Positions 48,413 through 59,792 of a stretch of 64,000 bases of DNA are shown here, one piece after another. Every line of letters starts with the position of its first letter. Within the stretch, counting starts at the first letter, position 1. The notes under the pieces were generated by a model. The model searched no databases. It was not told the origin of the DNA and saw nothing but the letters and a program-made list of their open reading frames with translations. Made by a program: the position numbers and the translations under genes. The DNA comes from Psammoneis japonica (taxonomy: Eukaryota), in assembly GCA_008632985.1 (NCBI GenBank), contig QPGO01000143.1:62001-126000 (forward strand), in the 5' to 3' direction.

Positions 48413-48748
48413 ATGCCGGACAATCGTTACACACGCGCGGCTCGTCACCCGTACAATTCTCGGTCGCACAAGACGCAACCCATCAAGACTCCGGGTGGTC
48501 GATTGGTGGGTCATGTCGTCAAGAAGAAATGCAAGGGTCCCCGTTGTTCGGATTGCAAGACGAGTCTTCAGGGGATCAAGCATTTGAGGTCCTACAAGAA
48601 TCTCAAAAAACGAGAACGCACCGTGAGCCGTGCCTACGGTGGAGCGACCTGTGCCGCCTGTGTCAAGCAACGTATCGTCAGGGCGTTTTTGTTGGAGGAA
48701 CAAAAGGCTGTCAAGAAGGTTCTTGCGGAACGTAATCAAAAGAAATAA
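48413..48748 (+). CDS. RPL34: 60S ribosomal protein L34 (eL34)
   Basis: YNSRS…KTPGGRLV…CSDCKTSLQGI…TVSRAYGG…CVKQRIVRAFLLEEQKAVKKVL. Confidence 0.95.
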   Translation: MPDNRYTRAARHPYNSRSHKTQPIKTPGGRLVGHVVKKKCKGPRCSDCKTSLQGIKHLRSYKNLKKRERTVSRAYGGATCAACVKQRIVRAFLLEEQKAVKKVLAERNQKK

Positions 48749-48967
48749 ATTTTTTACAATGTAAAGAAATTTATTATTTGGAAATTGAAGAATGAATGTA
48801 CTGATTATTGTTTTGAGTTGTTGTGTCAACTTGAGATATCAATAGACTGGCCAGTGGATAGAGTGCTTGTAACTTTTTAGTAGTTTTTACTTCCAGGCGC
48901 CCAGAAACACCTAGCGTGACCTGCAGCATACCTACAAGCGGCGAGAAGACAGGATACGTACACCCAA

Positions 48968-49309
48968 CTCTAGCCTGAATCTACTGTTGTTTCAGCTTTA
49001 AAGTAGAGAGTACAGTCGATAGATGCATGCATAGCATGTTCCAAGTTGTACCGGTCCAGTTCCTTCACAAGTACGGGCGCGCGTCGACACTCTCAGCAGC
49101 ACTCTTGGTGACCCATGGAGTGCAGCACCGGTGCCCTCTCTAGCCTGAACCTGCTCTTGTTTGTTCTTTAGAGTCAAGTGCTGTTGATAGATGCATACAT
49201 ATCATGTTTCAAGTAGTATGCTCATCCTGCACAGAATACGCGCGAGCGTCGACATTCTTCTCAGTAGCATCCTCTTGGTGATCCATGGAGTACCGCCTCG
49301 GTACACCCA
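48968..49309. repeat. Diverged two-copy tandem repeat, period about 170 bp
   Basis: ctctagcctgaa…gatagatgcat…gcgtcgaca…ctcttggtga.ccatggagt recurs at 48968 and 49138. Confidence 0.8.
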
Positions 49310-51110
49310 TGAGAGGTTCGTTGAGTGCCCAAGTACAACGCGTAGAAATAAAATATAGAGACGAAAGACTTTCTAGATTCACTAGCTGTGTAGGAGCATC
49401 TGTCATACCTCCATTGATAGAATTTAAAGCATTTTTGGTTCGGAGTTTTGAACATGCAGTTACAAGCAGCAGCTATGACTAGTCTCTCTTGGTTGCATCA
49501 CTTGTGATGATTGTCTTATCTTTCATTTCATAGTAGACAATACTAAGATAAAAAGAGTGAATTAATCTTTGTACTGTTCCTCGGATCCCGCTCGTCGAAA
49601 TGACCAACAGCGAAGGGCCGGCAAAGTTGCTGTACCGGTAGAGAACGGCTTTTCACACTGTTACCTCTTGACACAGGCCAGCGGGAGAAGTACCAAGACA
49701 AATTGATGTTGAAACAAAGCATGAAAGTACAAGTTAGGAAAGTCGACGTTTGGTTGATTGGTGTTTCTTTTTGATGTCTCTTTTGTTGCACATGAAGCTT
49801 GACACAATGACCTTATGACGAATGGGAAGGCCACATGGGGTCAATAAAGCGTGCAAATCAACAGATTATTTTTAAAAGAAACGATGCGTCATCTCTCTGG
49901 CCTACTATCGGTAGCTCGTTCATGTCTCTCTCGCTTGCTGTGGTCGCTCGAGTGGAGCAAGAGCCTGGAGCACAACACAGGAGAACCTCAATCACACGAG
50001 ACGAAAAAAAAAAAACGGCATTTTGTCGAATACAGCAGAGGATAGCGAATTTCGTGATCCCAGCATAAAAGTATTTTGTTGAACGTGAGTTTACTCCATG
50101 ACCAAACCCGCATGGTCCATCCATTATCTCGTTTACTCGTACTCCTCGTGTCAACAAGGTGCTGCTTCTGCCAAGCAGAAATGCAGGTACATTCATCAGC
50201 ATCAGACACTATTTTACATTTATATATGAAGGGCTTTGTCTTTTACATTAACTTGCGCCATATGTGTCTTCCAGAGGCGATCGACACTCGAAAGAAAATC
50301 TGGACGGCGAGGGATGTGAGCAAATGTGAGCATAGTTTTATCCGCCTCGCGCTCCAGGGCGGCGGCATGTGCGTCGAATTGTCACTGTGACATATTGTTT
50401 AACAAAAAGCGAAGATTATTTATATGCGATTTACGGAAAAACAATTTATCTCAATTAGTTAGAATTGTCCGTGATATTATTTTAGACATAATCAGTACTA
50501 TTTTAGTTGAAGATGAAGTTAAACGCATTATTGCCGATTTCAGCGAACTGATTTGTCCTTCTTGTGATAGCGTATTGACAAAGCTGCCTTGCTTTTCTTC
50601 GTCATAGGCAGAAATAAATAGGCAGTAAAAAGGAATGTCATCATCCTTTCACAGCTTCGTCTTGGTTAAATATTGGGCAATATTGTTTTGTCATAGACAC
50701 TTTTGTACTTCAGAGTTCCGCTCGCTGCGCGCGAAAGCGAACCGATGTTGTGCGCTGGCGCGGGATTTCGGGCGCCAAAATGTGAGCCACACACACACCA
50801 CACGTAGAAGAGACGAATTACCATATTGTTTTCTCCTCCCCGTTTGTTAACGCAGCGTCACATATTAATCAGAGGCAATAAGTATCTCAACACATATCAT
50901 AAGTACAGTATCGCTGTCTAGGCCAAAGCTTTTCGACAATAATAATTAAATACTTTGATGGTGTCGCTGGTCGGATAATAATGTGGACGGATCACGACTC
51001 ACAGTGTATCGTAATTCTCATCTTGTCTCACAAAAAATTCTCAAGGTCACCTCACAAATCATTTTCATCTGGGGGCATCACGCACCGTCGGGGGCAAACA
51101 TCCAAACACC

Positions 51111-51512
51111 ATGTGCATGCAAACATCATCGTCGCGATCCATTCGCAACATTAGAGTACCTGCCGCCGTTGCGGACGTTCCAACAACGAACCAGGTCGTT
51201 TCACAACAAGCACTAGCATTACAACAAAGCATGATGGCCTTTGTAGGGGATTGGCACTGTAGGAACAGTGACCTAATGGATCGAAGACGTACCATCTTGC
51301 TCATCCGTAAGCTCATTGCAAAGCACATTTCAGGCAAGGAACACTCCATTGACAAGTTTACGAGCAAGCTGCACCGAGCTGCAAGAATTATGGAAGCCGT
51401 ACTTTATCGCTCGGCACAAACAAAAGAAGAATACCTGGACCAGTCAACTCTGCGATCCCGTCTTCAAATGGCCAAGGTCGCTTTGGAAATGAGACTTTCA
51501 TCTAACGCATGA
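51111..51512 (+). CDS. Small KIX/Med15-N-like domain protein, paralog of 38715..39649
   Basis: KLHRAARIMEAVLYRSAQTKEEYLDQSTLRSRL. Confidence 0.65.
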   Translation: MCMQTSSSRSIRNIRVPAAVADVPTTNQVVSQQALALQQSMMAFVGDWHCRNSDLMDRRRTILLIRKLIAKHISGKEHSIDKFTSKLHRAARIMEAVLYRSAQTKEEYLDQSTLRSRLQMAKVALEMRLSSNA

Positions 51513-52678
51513 CGCATGAGCTATCGTACGGTTCAAGACTCGACTGAACCGAACGTTGGAAACTTTTCAAGGGAATAGATTGTCTTGATGCCACGCCGTT
51601 GATGCAACACATGATGATCTTTGAATGTAAATGATAATCGAACTAGATTACCTTCGAGAATGCTATGAAAACCATATTGTTTTCACCTTGTACCTTCCAC
51701 CGCACCGCCAGTTGATCCTCCGTAGAAAACCAAAGCGCATGAAATTGCATTTGGCGGGTTTGACCTTTGCATTCAAACCATTTTCTACGAATTTGTACAG
51801 GTTGGAGAGAGCAAGGAGAAAGGAACGGCGGGATTGTAAAGCATAATCGCGCGTACATATCGCTACTCTTATGCAAGCAAGGGAGATGTTCCTAAGGTTG
51901 CAAAAGTGTCTGCTCTAGAGAATTTCCGCTCTACCCCTTCGAACCGCCCTCGCTAGTCCATGGTGCACTGTACAATGTCAGTACCCTCGTCCCTCCCGTG
52001 TTCTTGAGGCCGTGGTTATCGCCGCTTCACAACACATCACTAAAACCACCAGAGAGAAAATGCTTCGTATATTGCGCAACACGGCTCTCTAAAGCTTGAT
52101 CCTACTCTCTTTTTCCAAGGACATTCACGAGACGCATCTCCCATTCAATCTTGAAAATTTGCTGCGTCATTATGGAATAGCAGCCTTGACTGTAATGTCG
52201 CAGCGCGGAACATTGTGCCTTGCGAGTGGGCCAACACACAGTCCCCGAGCAGCAGCTGCATAGTAGTCGACTTGTATATCTTCAACGAGGCCCGCTGCAT
52301 GAGATACCTCGCCTTGAGGCGTCAATCTGTAGTCTCCATTGCACATTCTTTATGAAAATGCCATGCGCACAATCACAAAAACCCTTCCCGTGAGATTCGT
52401 AATGCTACTGGATGATTACGTCCACAGCAGATGAATCGCTCGGGTAAAGCTCTCGTCTTCAATCTTGCGTGCGCGTCGTGGAGTATAGCCTTGTCGGAAA
52501 CACTGTCGTGGACCGTGCCGGCGGATGGACTACACTCTCCATGAATCTCGCCTTCTAAGATAGATTGCCCCAATAGTACAGTCCCTTAATTGACGTGGAG
52601 CGCTCCACCTTGAGGTAAGAGAATCTTGTGTGCACCGCTCCCGTTGTGTAAAACAATATAATGGATATTCGACACCTA

Positions 52679-54100
52679 CTACGTGGCTGCGATCAAGGCA
52701 CAATTGAAAAACCTTGGCTTTCCATCTGCCGTTCGCGCCAGGGTGATATTCATATCCAACTATACATCAAGCGCGAGCACAAGAATGAAGCGGGAGTGTG
52801 AGTTTCAACGGAACAATCATACTCTAGACAATCTATATCAACAACTTACATTTGGATTGACTCCTCCCGCTACTTTTCCTTTGCAATACAGTGGCATTTT
52901 CCGTTCCAAATCATCATTATTATTCGTCATGGACGCCTGTTTTAACATTTCCCCCAATTCTTCAAAGACTTCTTGTTGATTGGACAACAAATTAAACAAA
53001 GTCTGAGTTTTCAATTCCTCTCTCGAGATTCCCGAAATGGTTTCAAATTCCAAATTGCATTCCAAAAACCGTCCATCGAGCGCCGCCACACCCAATGCTC
53101 CCGGTGTACATTGCTGCACGACCGCCCTGTAATCCAAACCCTTTACAAACAAACCGTCTTCCTCTACATTATTATTGTCCATGGTTTCCACCAATAATGC
53201 ATCATTGTTTGGATTTTGAATCATTTCATTTGTCTTTTGCAACGTTGTGGTCAATTTGTGGTGTTCGGCTTCATTCATAATGGCACGTGCTTGCAATTGT
53301 TTGATATATTCGCCGGCAGCCAACAAGATGGAATACTTGTTGCTATTGAGTGGAATATTGGCAGCAATCAACACAGAACGTAATTCCTTGATTTGTTGTG
53401 ATATAAAGAGCGAGCGTTGTTGTTCACGTAAATTGCGTTCGTAACGTTGACGTTCTTGTGGAGTCATGCCTTCCAAGGAGGGGAGTTTCTTTTTGGAAGC
53501 AGCAGCCGGAGCAATCAAACTAGGAGGAGGAGGAGGTGCTGACAAGACGGCTGGCGGAGGAGCTGCAGCAGCGACTGGATAGGAAAAGGTCTGTTGCTGC
53601 TGTGCTTGTACTCCGACAGCTTGACTCACAAGAGCAAAGGTCCCGTCAGGCATTTGTTGTACCACAGCTTGCTGCTGTTGCTGCTGTGGTTGAATTGTAG
53701 CTGTAGCAGCCGCTGGAGCAGGAGGAGGAGCATACAATGGAGCAGGCTGCTGAAGGGGTTGTGGCGTTACGGCTATCGGTTGCTGTTGTTGTTGTACGTA
53801 TTGCGGATGCACGGCTCCTGCTGCTGCTTGTGTGGGATGAATAGTTGCCGTGTTGTTGCTAATGACGGTTGACGTGTAGAGTTGCTGTTGCTGCTGGGGT
53901 TGTTGTACAGCGGCGACGGCTGCTGGAGCCTGTGCCGCATAGGTCTGTCCCACGGTAGGAAAGGCATCAAAGGCACTGCTGCTGCTGCTGGGTGCCGGCG
54001 CTGTTGCTGCAGAGCTATCCAAAATTGAATTCCAAAACAGATTTCGACTGTCGTTGTTTCCCGCTGTTTCTCCGCTACTCTCGGTGGCTAAAAAGTCCAT
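52679..54100 (-). CDS. bHLH-PAS transcription factor; intron 52849-52760
   Basis: Gln/Pro-rich N-terminus; bHLH ERNLREQQRS…IKELRSVL…NKYSILLAAGEYIKQLQ; PAS LGVAALDGRFLECNLEFETISG; last exon LDMNITLARTADGKPRFFNCALIAAT*. Confidence 0.9.
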
Positions 54101-54240
54101 AGTTTTGTTGTGTTAGAGAGATTATTGTTCCTGTGTTGTTGATGGATGCACTTCTGCAGTTTCAAAACGCTTTAGTACTGCTACACGGATCGGTGTGTTT
54201 GTTTTGTTGTTCAGCATGACGCAAAACCACGTGTTTTTAT

Positions 54241-54298
54241 TTTTCGAAGCGAGTTCCTTTCGTTCGGGGTTTTCGAAGCGAGTTCCTTTCGTTCGGGG
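54241..54298. repeat. Perfect 29-bp tandem duplication in the divergent promoter region
   Basis: ttttcgaagcgagttcctttcgttcgggg x2. Confidence 0.9.
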
Positions 54299-54872
54299 TC
54301 AGCAAGAGACAGCTGGCATCGTCACGTTTTTCAGGGATTTTGATTGGTTCAAAGTCGTCATACCGAACTCATGAAGTCATCATTACTTAGCGGTTCTCAA
54401 GGAGACGTGGCCTGGACCAATCAAAATGCGCCACGCAGTTCAAAGCTTACATAACAATACTGAAATGCAACGTCAAAGCAGTGTAGGATGCCACGTCAGT
54501 TGACTAAATAAAGTCGACGTCAGACCAGAACAAATCAAGAACCACAGTCTTGAATGGTTCCGAATAAATCCGGAACGTCGGAACAGGTTCTATTTATGGG
54601 ATACAAAACGCATGTGCGTCACTTACTATTCCAATTCAGTCACGTTCGTGATTCGACACAAAACTGCCACCGCCGTTTTTATAATAGCGCCACAATTCTC
54701 TTGCAAGTCGGCAGGTAAGAAACCAAAACGACAACCCTCAAGAGACGACGCGTGTGATATTGAACAATAGTTGTACAAATGACACGGTGATTCCCAGCGT
54801 TCGAGGTGCATTGCAGAAAAAGTGAGAGAATTGTCGTGACGACTCATCCTCACGCGGTTGTTTCAAAAAAGC

Positions 54873-57800
54873 ATGTACGTTCTCAAGGTCCAAAAATGGG
54901 AAATGGAAGCGGCTTTGCTCTTGTCACAAGTTTCGTATCAAGTTCAACCCATTGTAGAGAGCAAGGCATTGGATCAATTCAAGTCGAAATTTGCAGTCAT
55001 GGGTAGAGTTTTCTTTTTTTGTACCACCTTGGGACAAAAGTATGTGGTGTGTACATGTCAACGAGGAGATTGCCATGAAAGAGTTTTATTTTGTGCCTTT
55101 GCGGGAACACACTTACCGGGTGATTGGGAACAAACCAATGTCCACATTGTCCATGAAACGAATTCGGATCAAGTGGGTGCACCGGGACATGCGGGATTTT
55201 TACAACGCGCCCTTGACGTGCCACTGGAAGGAATCGAGCGGTTGGCACGAGATGCAAAAGCGACGCGTATTGTCTTTTGTGGCCATTCCTTGGGTGGAGC
55301 CGTGTCGCATTTTGTCTTGTTGCGGTGGTTGTTTGGTCGTCCGAGTAATGATAATGATCATTTTGATAAGGACAATGTCGTTTCGATTGGAATTGGTGCT
55401 CCCTTTTTTGGTGGGAGCGACATGCTACAACATATTCAACGACACGGATGGATCGATTGCTTTGTTACGCTTGTCAATGGGAACGATCCCTTACCCCGCG
55501 TCATGAATCTTGCTGCGACTCTGGTCGAAAGCACGGCGTCTTGTATGTTTTCGACCCTCTTGAATGCGTGTCGTGCCTTTCTCAACAACAACCATACCAA
55601 TTCCGTTGCTGATATTGTTGGAAATCTGGTGCAAGAAATTCAAAAGGCTTCGCAACAAGATTACTCATACTTGACATCCTATCTACCCATTGGTCATTAT
55701 GTAAACTTTATTGTGGATGGACAAATCGATGTGAGTTGTGATACGTACCACGTGTCGGATCTTTTGGGTCCAGCCCAACTACTGGGTGCAAAGCCAAGCG
55801 TGATTAATGGCGTTTTGGACAAGAATGCACTCGCGCATCATGACATTCAAGCCTACCACAATATTGTTCAAGCAAATGATTCTATACTGACTAAAGTGTG
55901 TACCAAACACTTTGACGGTCCGCAAGGAGGGTATTATTTTGGAAATAGTGACAAGGACGTTTCTCCCTTGTCGTCGTCCAGTTTGGTACCTGTGGTGCAC
56001 GAGATTTCCTGTGAAACCTTTACAAGTCACAAACGACAGTATTGTCGCATTGTCAAGTATTGTGGGTGTAATCTCGATTTTATCGCCGACCATGCGATAA
56101 CCATGGATGTCGATCAATTGGATTCGCATTGGAGTTGCGATATGGTTCTCGAGAGCCGCGTCAGTCGACGAAGCACAAGTGACCTTGTTGTGGAGCAACT
56201 ATTAAAGCAAGACAATGATAATGAGGCAATAGCAACCGCCGTGAGATCCAAGCCCAATCACGATATAGTCATTTTGCTTCGATCCGACGTGGTGGAGGAC
56301 GGAGGAGGCCCCGCCACAACCCATCCAGTCTTGACACGTACCAATTGCCACTCGGCATCCGACATGCCACAGGATCCACTCTCGTTTTATGGTGGACAAT
56401 TTTTTCTCGATACGCAACAGCATGCGTGGATTATGAACAAGCTCTTTTCCAATAATCAGCTTTACAAGAAATTGGAAGAACTTGCGGCGCTTGTGGAAGA
56501 ATATGAGTGTGTTGACGACACTCAAGTTATAGTCATGCAGCCGGAATGGAAAGGCTTTGAAGACGTTGGAACGCCTTGCAAAACGGACATCCCGCGAAAA
56601 GACTCGGACTACCGCCGCTCACGAGATGAACTCTACAATTGGATTGTCCCACCAAACGGTTTGGTGGTTCGCACCAAATTGCAGACTCGAATGTCTGTCA
56701 CGGTTGTCCTCGTCTCCTTGGCAATTGGTGGAGGCATTGTTGCCACGGGAGGATTAGGAATAGTCGGTGGCTTACTCGGCTATGGAGCATCTCTCTCGGG
56801 CGGCTATGGAACAGCCACGCTCATGTTGACTAGTGCTGGAAGTGCCGCATACTTTATGCGGTCGCGACTTCGGAGCAAGTACTATGTCATGTTGGAAGAT
56901 TTGGTGAAACTATACACTGGTACTATACCAAAAACCATGTCAGAGATGGACTTGGAAGAAATTCTACTCTTTGCCGAGTCGGAATTCATGGCGAACCTTG
57001 ACAGTGGCAAGCTGAAACGAACGGAAATCCCGCTTTTTGACCAATACGAGGCTGCGTCTCAAAAAAGCTTCAAACAACGCGTCAACCTAATTCGTTTGAT
57101 CCATGGCATCAAAAAGGAGCGAACGAATGGCCAAGTGGTGGCGATTTGTGGTCCTCGGGATTCTGGTAAAACAACGCTAGTATCACAGCTATTGCAACGA
57201 CCAGAACTAGCCTTGTCAACCGGTTTGGCGGGAGGTCGAGATGAAACACGACAGGTGACTCCACACTCCATTTCCAACGTGTCTGGCTATGTGATTTTGG
57301 ACACGCCCGGCTTGACGGGGCCCGAACAAGGGATCCGGGGCAAATTTGACCACGCTGCTTTGAATCTGTCCTCTACTTTTGTGTACATTCGAGAATACGA
57401 GGGACTCCCAACCGAGGTTGACATTCTTACTCTCAAGCGAATTTTGGAATGTTCGGCTCGTAGTCAAAACCCCAAGGTATTGGTGTGTTTGAATCGAGCC
57501 AAGCTCAAGCTCACACAAGACGCTGCCGGTGAAATATTTCACATCAGCGCCGCGGTGGAAAAGAAAAAGTGGTTGGCTCGACTCTACCAGCTCCGATCAA
57601 GCTTGAAAATGCCAACGTGGGTGAGCCAGCTTTTGTCACGCAGCAGCATTCAGGTTGAGTTTGTCGAATTAAACGGCGACTGTACGTTGGAGGCTCAACT
57701 CATGAAGGACGATCGAACCAAGGGTATTTGGACGGCGTCTTCGATTGGAGAATGGATTGCCAAATCTGTGGCTCCCCAAGACGGAACGTCCACGGAAAGT

Positions 57801-57938
57801 TGGGCACGCTTTGCAGCGCACTTGAATAGCTTTAACTACAGCAAATGGCAAAAGGGTGTAAGAGAGCACAGAAAGGCACAACAGGAGGAAATAGAAGAGG
57901 AAACCGAGAAGCTAATGGCGTCATTCGCCAGGTTCTGA
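54873..57938 (+). CDS. Lipase class 3 + Gly-rich TM hairpin + P-loop GTPase fusion protein
   Basis: AFAGT, HAGF, VFCGHSLGGAVS, VNGNDPLPR, HDIQAY (lipase); VTVVLVSLAIGGGIVATGGLGIVGGLLG; GPRDSGKTT, LDTPG, VCLNRA (GTPase G1/G3/G4). Intronless, about 1020 aa. Confidence 0.85.
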   Translation: MYVLKVQKWEMEAALLLSQVSYQVQPIVESKALDQFKSKFAVMGRVFFFCTTLGQKYVVCTCQRGDCHERVLFCAFAGTHLPGDWEQTNVHIVHETNSDQVGAPGHAGFLQRALDVPLEGIERLARDAKATRIVFCGHSLGGAVSHFVLLRWLFGRPSNDNDHFDKDNVVSIGIGAPFFGGSDMLQHIQRHGWIDCFVTLVNGNDPLPRVMNLAATLVESTASCMFSTLLNACRAFLNNNHTNSVADIVGNLVQEIQKASQQDYSYLTSYLPIGHYVNFIVDGQIDVSCDTYHVSDLLGPAQLLGAKPSVINGVLDKNALAHHDIQAYHNIVQANDSILTKVCTKHFDGPQGGYYFGNSDKDVSPLSSSSLVPVVHEISCETFTSHKRQYCRIVKYCGCNLDFIADHAITMDVDQLDSHWSCDMVLESRVSRRSTSDLVVEQLLKQDNDNEAIATAVRSKPNHDIVILLRSDVVEDGGGPATTHPVLTRTNCHSASDMPQDPLSFYGGQFFLDTQQHAWIMNKLFSNNQLYKKLEELAALVEEYECVDDTQVIVMQPEWKGFEDVGTPCKTDIPRKDSDYRRSRDELYNWIVPPNGLVVRTKLQTRMSVTVVLVSLAIGGGIVATGGLGIVGGLLGYGASLSGGYGTATLMLTSAGSAAYFMRSRLRSKYYVMLEDLVKLYTGTIPKTMSEMDLEEILLFAESEFMANLDSGKLKRTEIPLFDQYEAASQKSFKQRVNLIRLIHGIKKERTNGQVVAICGPRDSGKTTLVSQLLQRPELALSTGLAGGRDETRQVTPHSISNVSGYVILDTPGLTGPEQGIRGKFDHAALNLSSTFVYIREYEGLPTEVDILTLKRILECSARSQNPKVLVCLNRAKLKLTQDAAGEIFHISAAVEKKKWLARLYQLRSSLKMPTWVSQLLSRSSIQVEFVELNGDCTLEAQLMKDDRTKGIWTASSIGEWIAKSVAPQDGTSTESWARFAAHLNSFNYSKWQKGVREHRKAQQEEIEEETEKLMASFARF

Positions 57939-58608
57939 GTGTGTACTATAAAGACTAGCACTTCATTGCAGGACTGAGACTGGAGGGCGCAAATCAAAAA
58001 CGAGACCGGAATCTCTGTGGTTCGTAATGTAGAAGAATTAAAAACCCGTTGAAGAAAAGGCATCTGGAAATCGTGATGCGAATGTATCAAAAGTCGTGGT
58101 GACTACTATTCTCATGTTGATACATCCCTACTTCTGGTTGCGAGTGCAGTCGAGAGAATTTGTTTAATCTCTACTAGAGTCAATTTTACTTTCATCCACC
58201 GTATTAAAATACGGAAACATTTTGGGAGGGAGAGCGTTTCCACGTTTGGTTGTCCTATGCGCTGCTTGCCGCTTGTTCTCTACAAGAAGCCGAAAGCTGA
58301 ACCGTTTGACTGCGATGTGCGGGCATGTTTGACTTGGGTAATTCCACAATAAAAGAGACTTCATTGGCTTTCCACCATTTTGGTTGGAGATTTGTCATGA
58401 CAGAGACAACACCATCGAATGGAGCGCGCGCAAGACTCACTAATACATTCGATTCCAGCAGAGGGATGTGCTGTGCGTTGTTTTGCAGCTTGTCCTCAAC
58501 GGATTAAAAAGCCGCCAAGGTTTCAATGATTCCTACGCACGTTCTTGTTGTAGCGGTGAGCGCCCCCCCAAGAGGAAAATGCAATTTCCCGCTATAGGCA
58601 GCCTTTGT

Positions 58609-59792
58609 TCAATTCAAGAAAGCCATGGCATCATTGTGGATTTGATATTCTCGGACATTATGCGTCTCTTCCTGTACAGGCACGAGCGTGACGGAATGAC
58701 AAAAGGCCATGGGCGTTGCTTCATTTCCCAACAGTACAGTACCCGTAATGAGCAAAATGACGGAATTGGAAATTCCCACCTGCGTCACAACGCCCTTTAA
58801 TTGCCACGACGGTTGTGCCAAGGATTGCAATTGGAGCAACACCTCTTGCAGTGTGGTGCAAACATGATGGGCGTCTCCGACGCTGAGTGATTTTTGAATA
58901 CCCGGACAATAGTAGGGAAGGAGATCTGTCGAATTGCCAACGTGCAACATGGCATAGTAGGTATCAATAAACATGCGTGCCAAACTCGTGGCGGCGCTCT
59001 CCCGTGTCGATGTAATGGTGACCCTCCAAGTTTTGCGAATGGGGAGAGATGGTGAAGAAATGCCAGGAGGGCTGCTGATGCTGGAGGTGTGTCAACAGAA
59101 GCAGAGAGAGGAGGCGGCGGTGGACTCGTCATTGTCGTGTCTGTGGGTTGGGGAGGCATTGCAACAGAAGAAAGGCCAGGAGGAGCGGCGGTCGGAGGAC
59201 TAGACATGGGAGGACTCATTGTCGTGTCTGGACTGCTTCCAAAACCTGGAGGTGGGCTCTGTAGCGCATCACTCGAGTTGTTGTCAAACGACATTGGAGT
59301 CGTTCCGGATGTACGCGGCGTATGAGATCCATTGTAATCGGCTCCTCCGTTTTCTCGGGATTGCGGCTCCGGTGTACCGATAGATATATTTTGTCGTGGA
59401 CTGACAGGAGTCGTTTCCATTACTTCCTCTCGTGACATGTCTTGTTGACTGTCACTGGAGTGGAGACTGTCGTTGATGTTGTTGCTGCTGTTTTGCTTTG
59501 TTTTTCCAAGCTTGGAACTCTTTCGTCGCACCTTTTTCTGTTGCTTGAAGAGTTCCCATATTCGACGCTTGTCTTCGGTACCAAAACTCGGAATTTGATC
59601 GACCGTATCCGGCAATTTCCAAACAACTTTTTTCTTCTTGTTGCAACGCGGCGGAAGTGTCGAATTGTTAATCTCCAAGGTCAGCAGCGGCTCCTCTACG
59701 CCGACACGAAACACGTCAACCTCCCATGTCGGTTGTTGTTCCTCTTGATTCAAAACTGGGCGTGGAGTGGAAAGGTAATGGCGATCGTCCAT
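58609..59792 (-). CDS. Pro/Ser-rich protein with C-terminal NTF2-like domain; frameshift(s) near 59000-59060
   Basis: ARMFIDTYYAML…LLPYY…VILLITGTV…FCHSVTLVP…YQIHNDAMAFL matches the NTF2 fold pattern; the N-terminal part is in ORF 58797..59825. Confidence 0.7.

Noticed and set aside
1795..59792. Programmed frameshifting or pseudogenisation in host genes (about 2005, 6805, 25630, 39240, 59030)
   Set aside because: Isolated small indels in otherwise intact, unrelated genes are more simply explained as assembly errors. This needs read-level checking.
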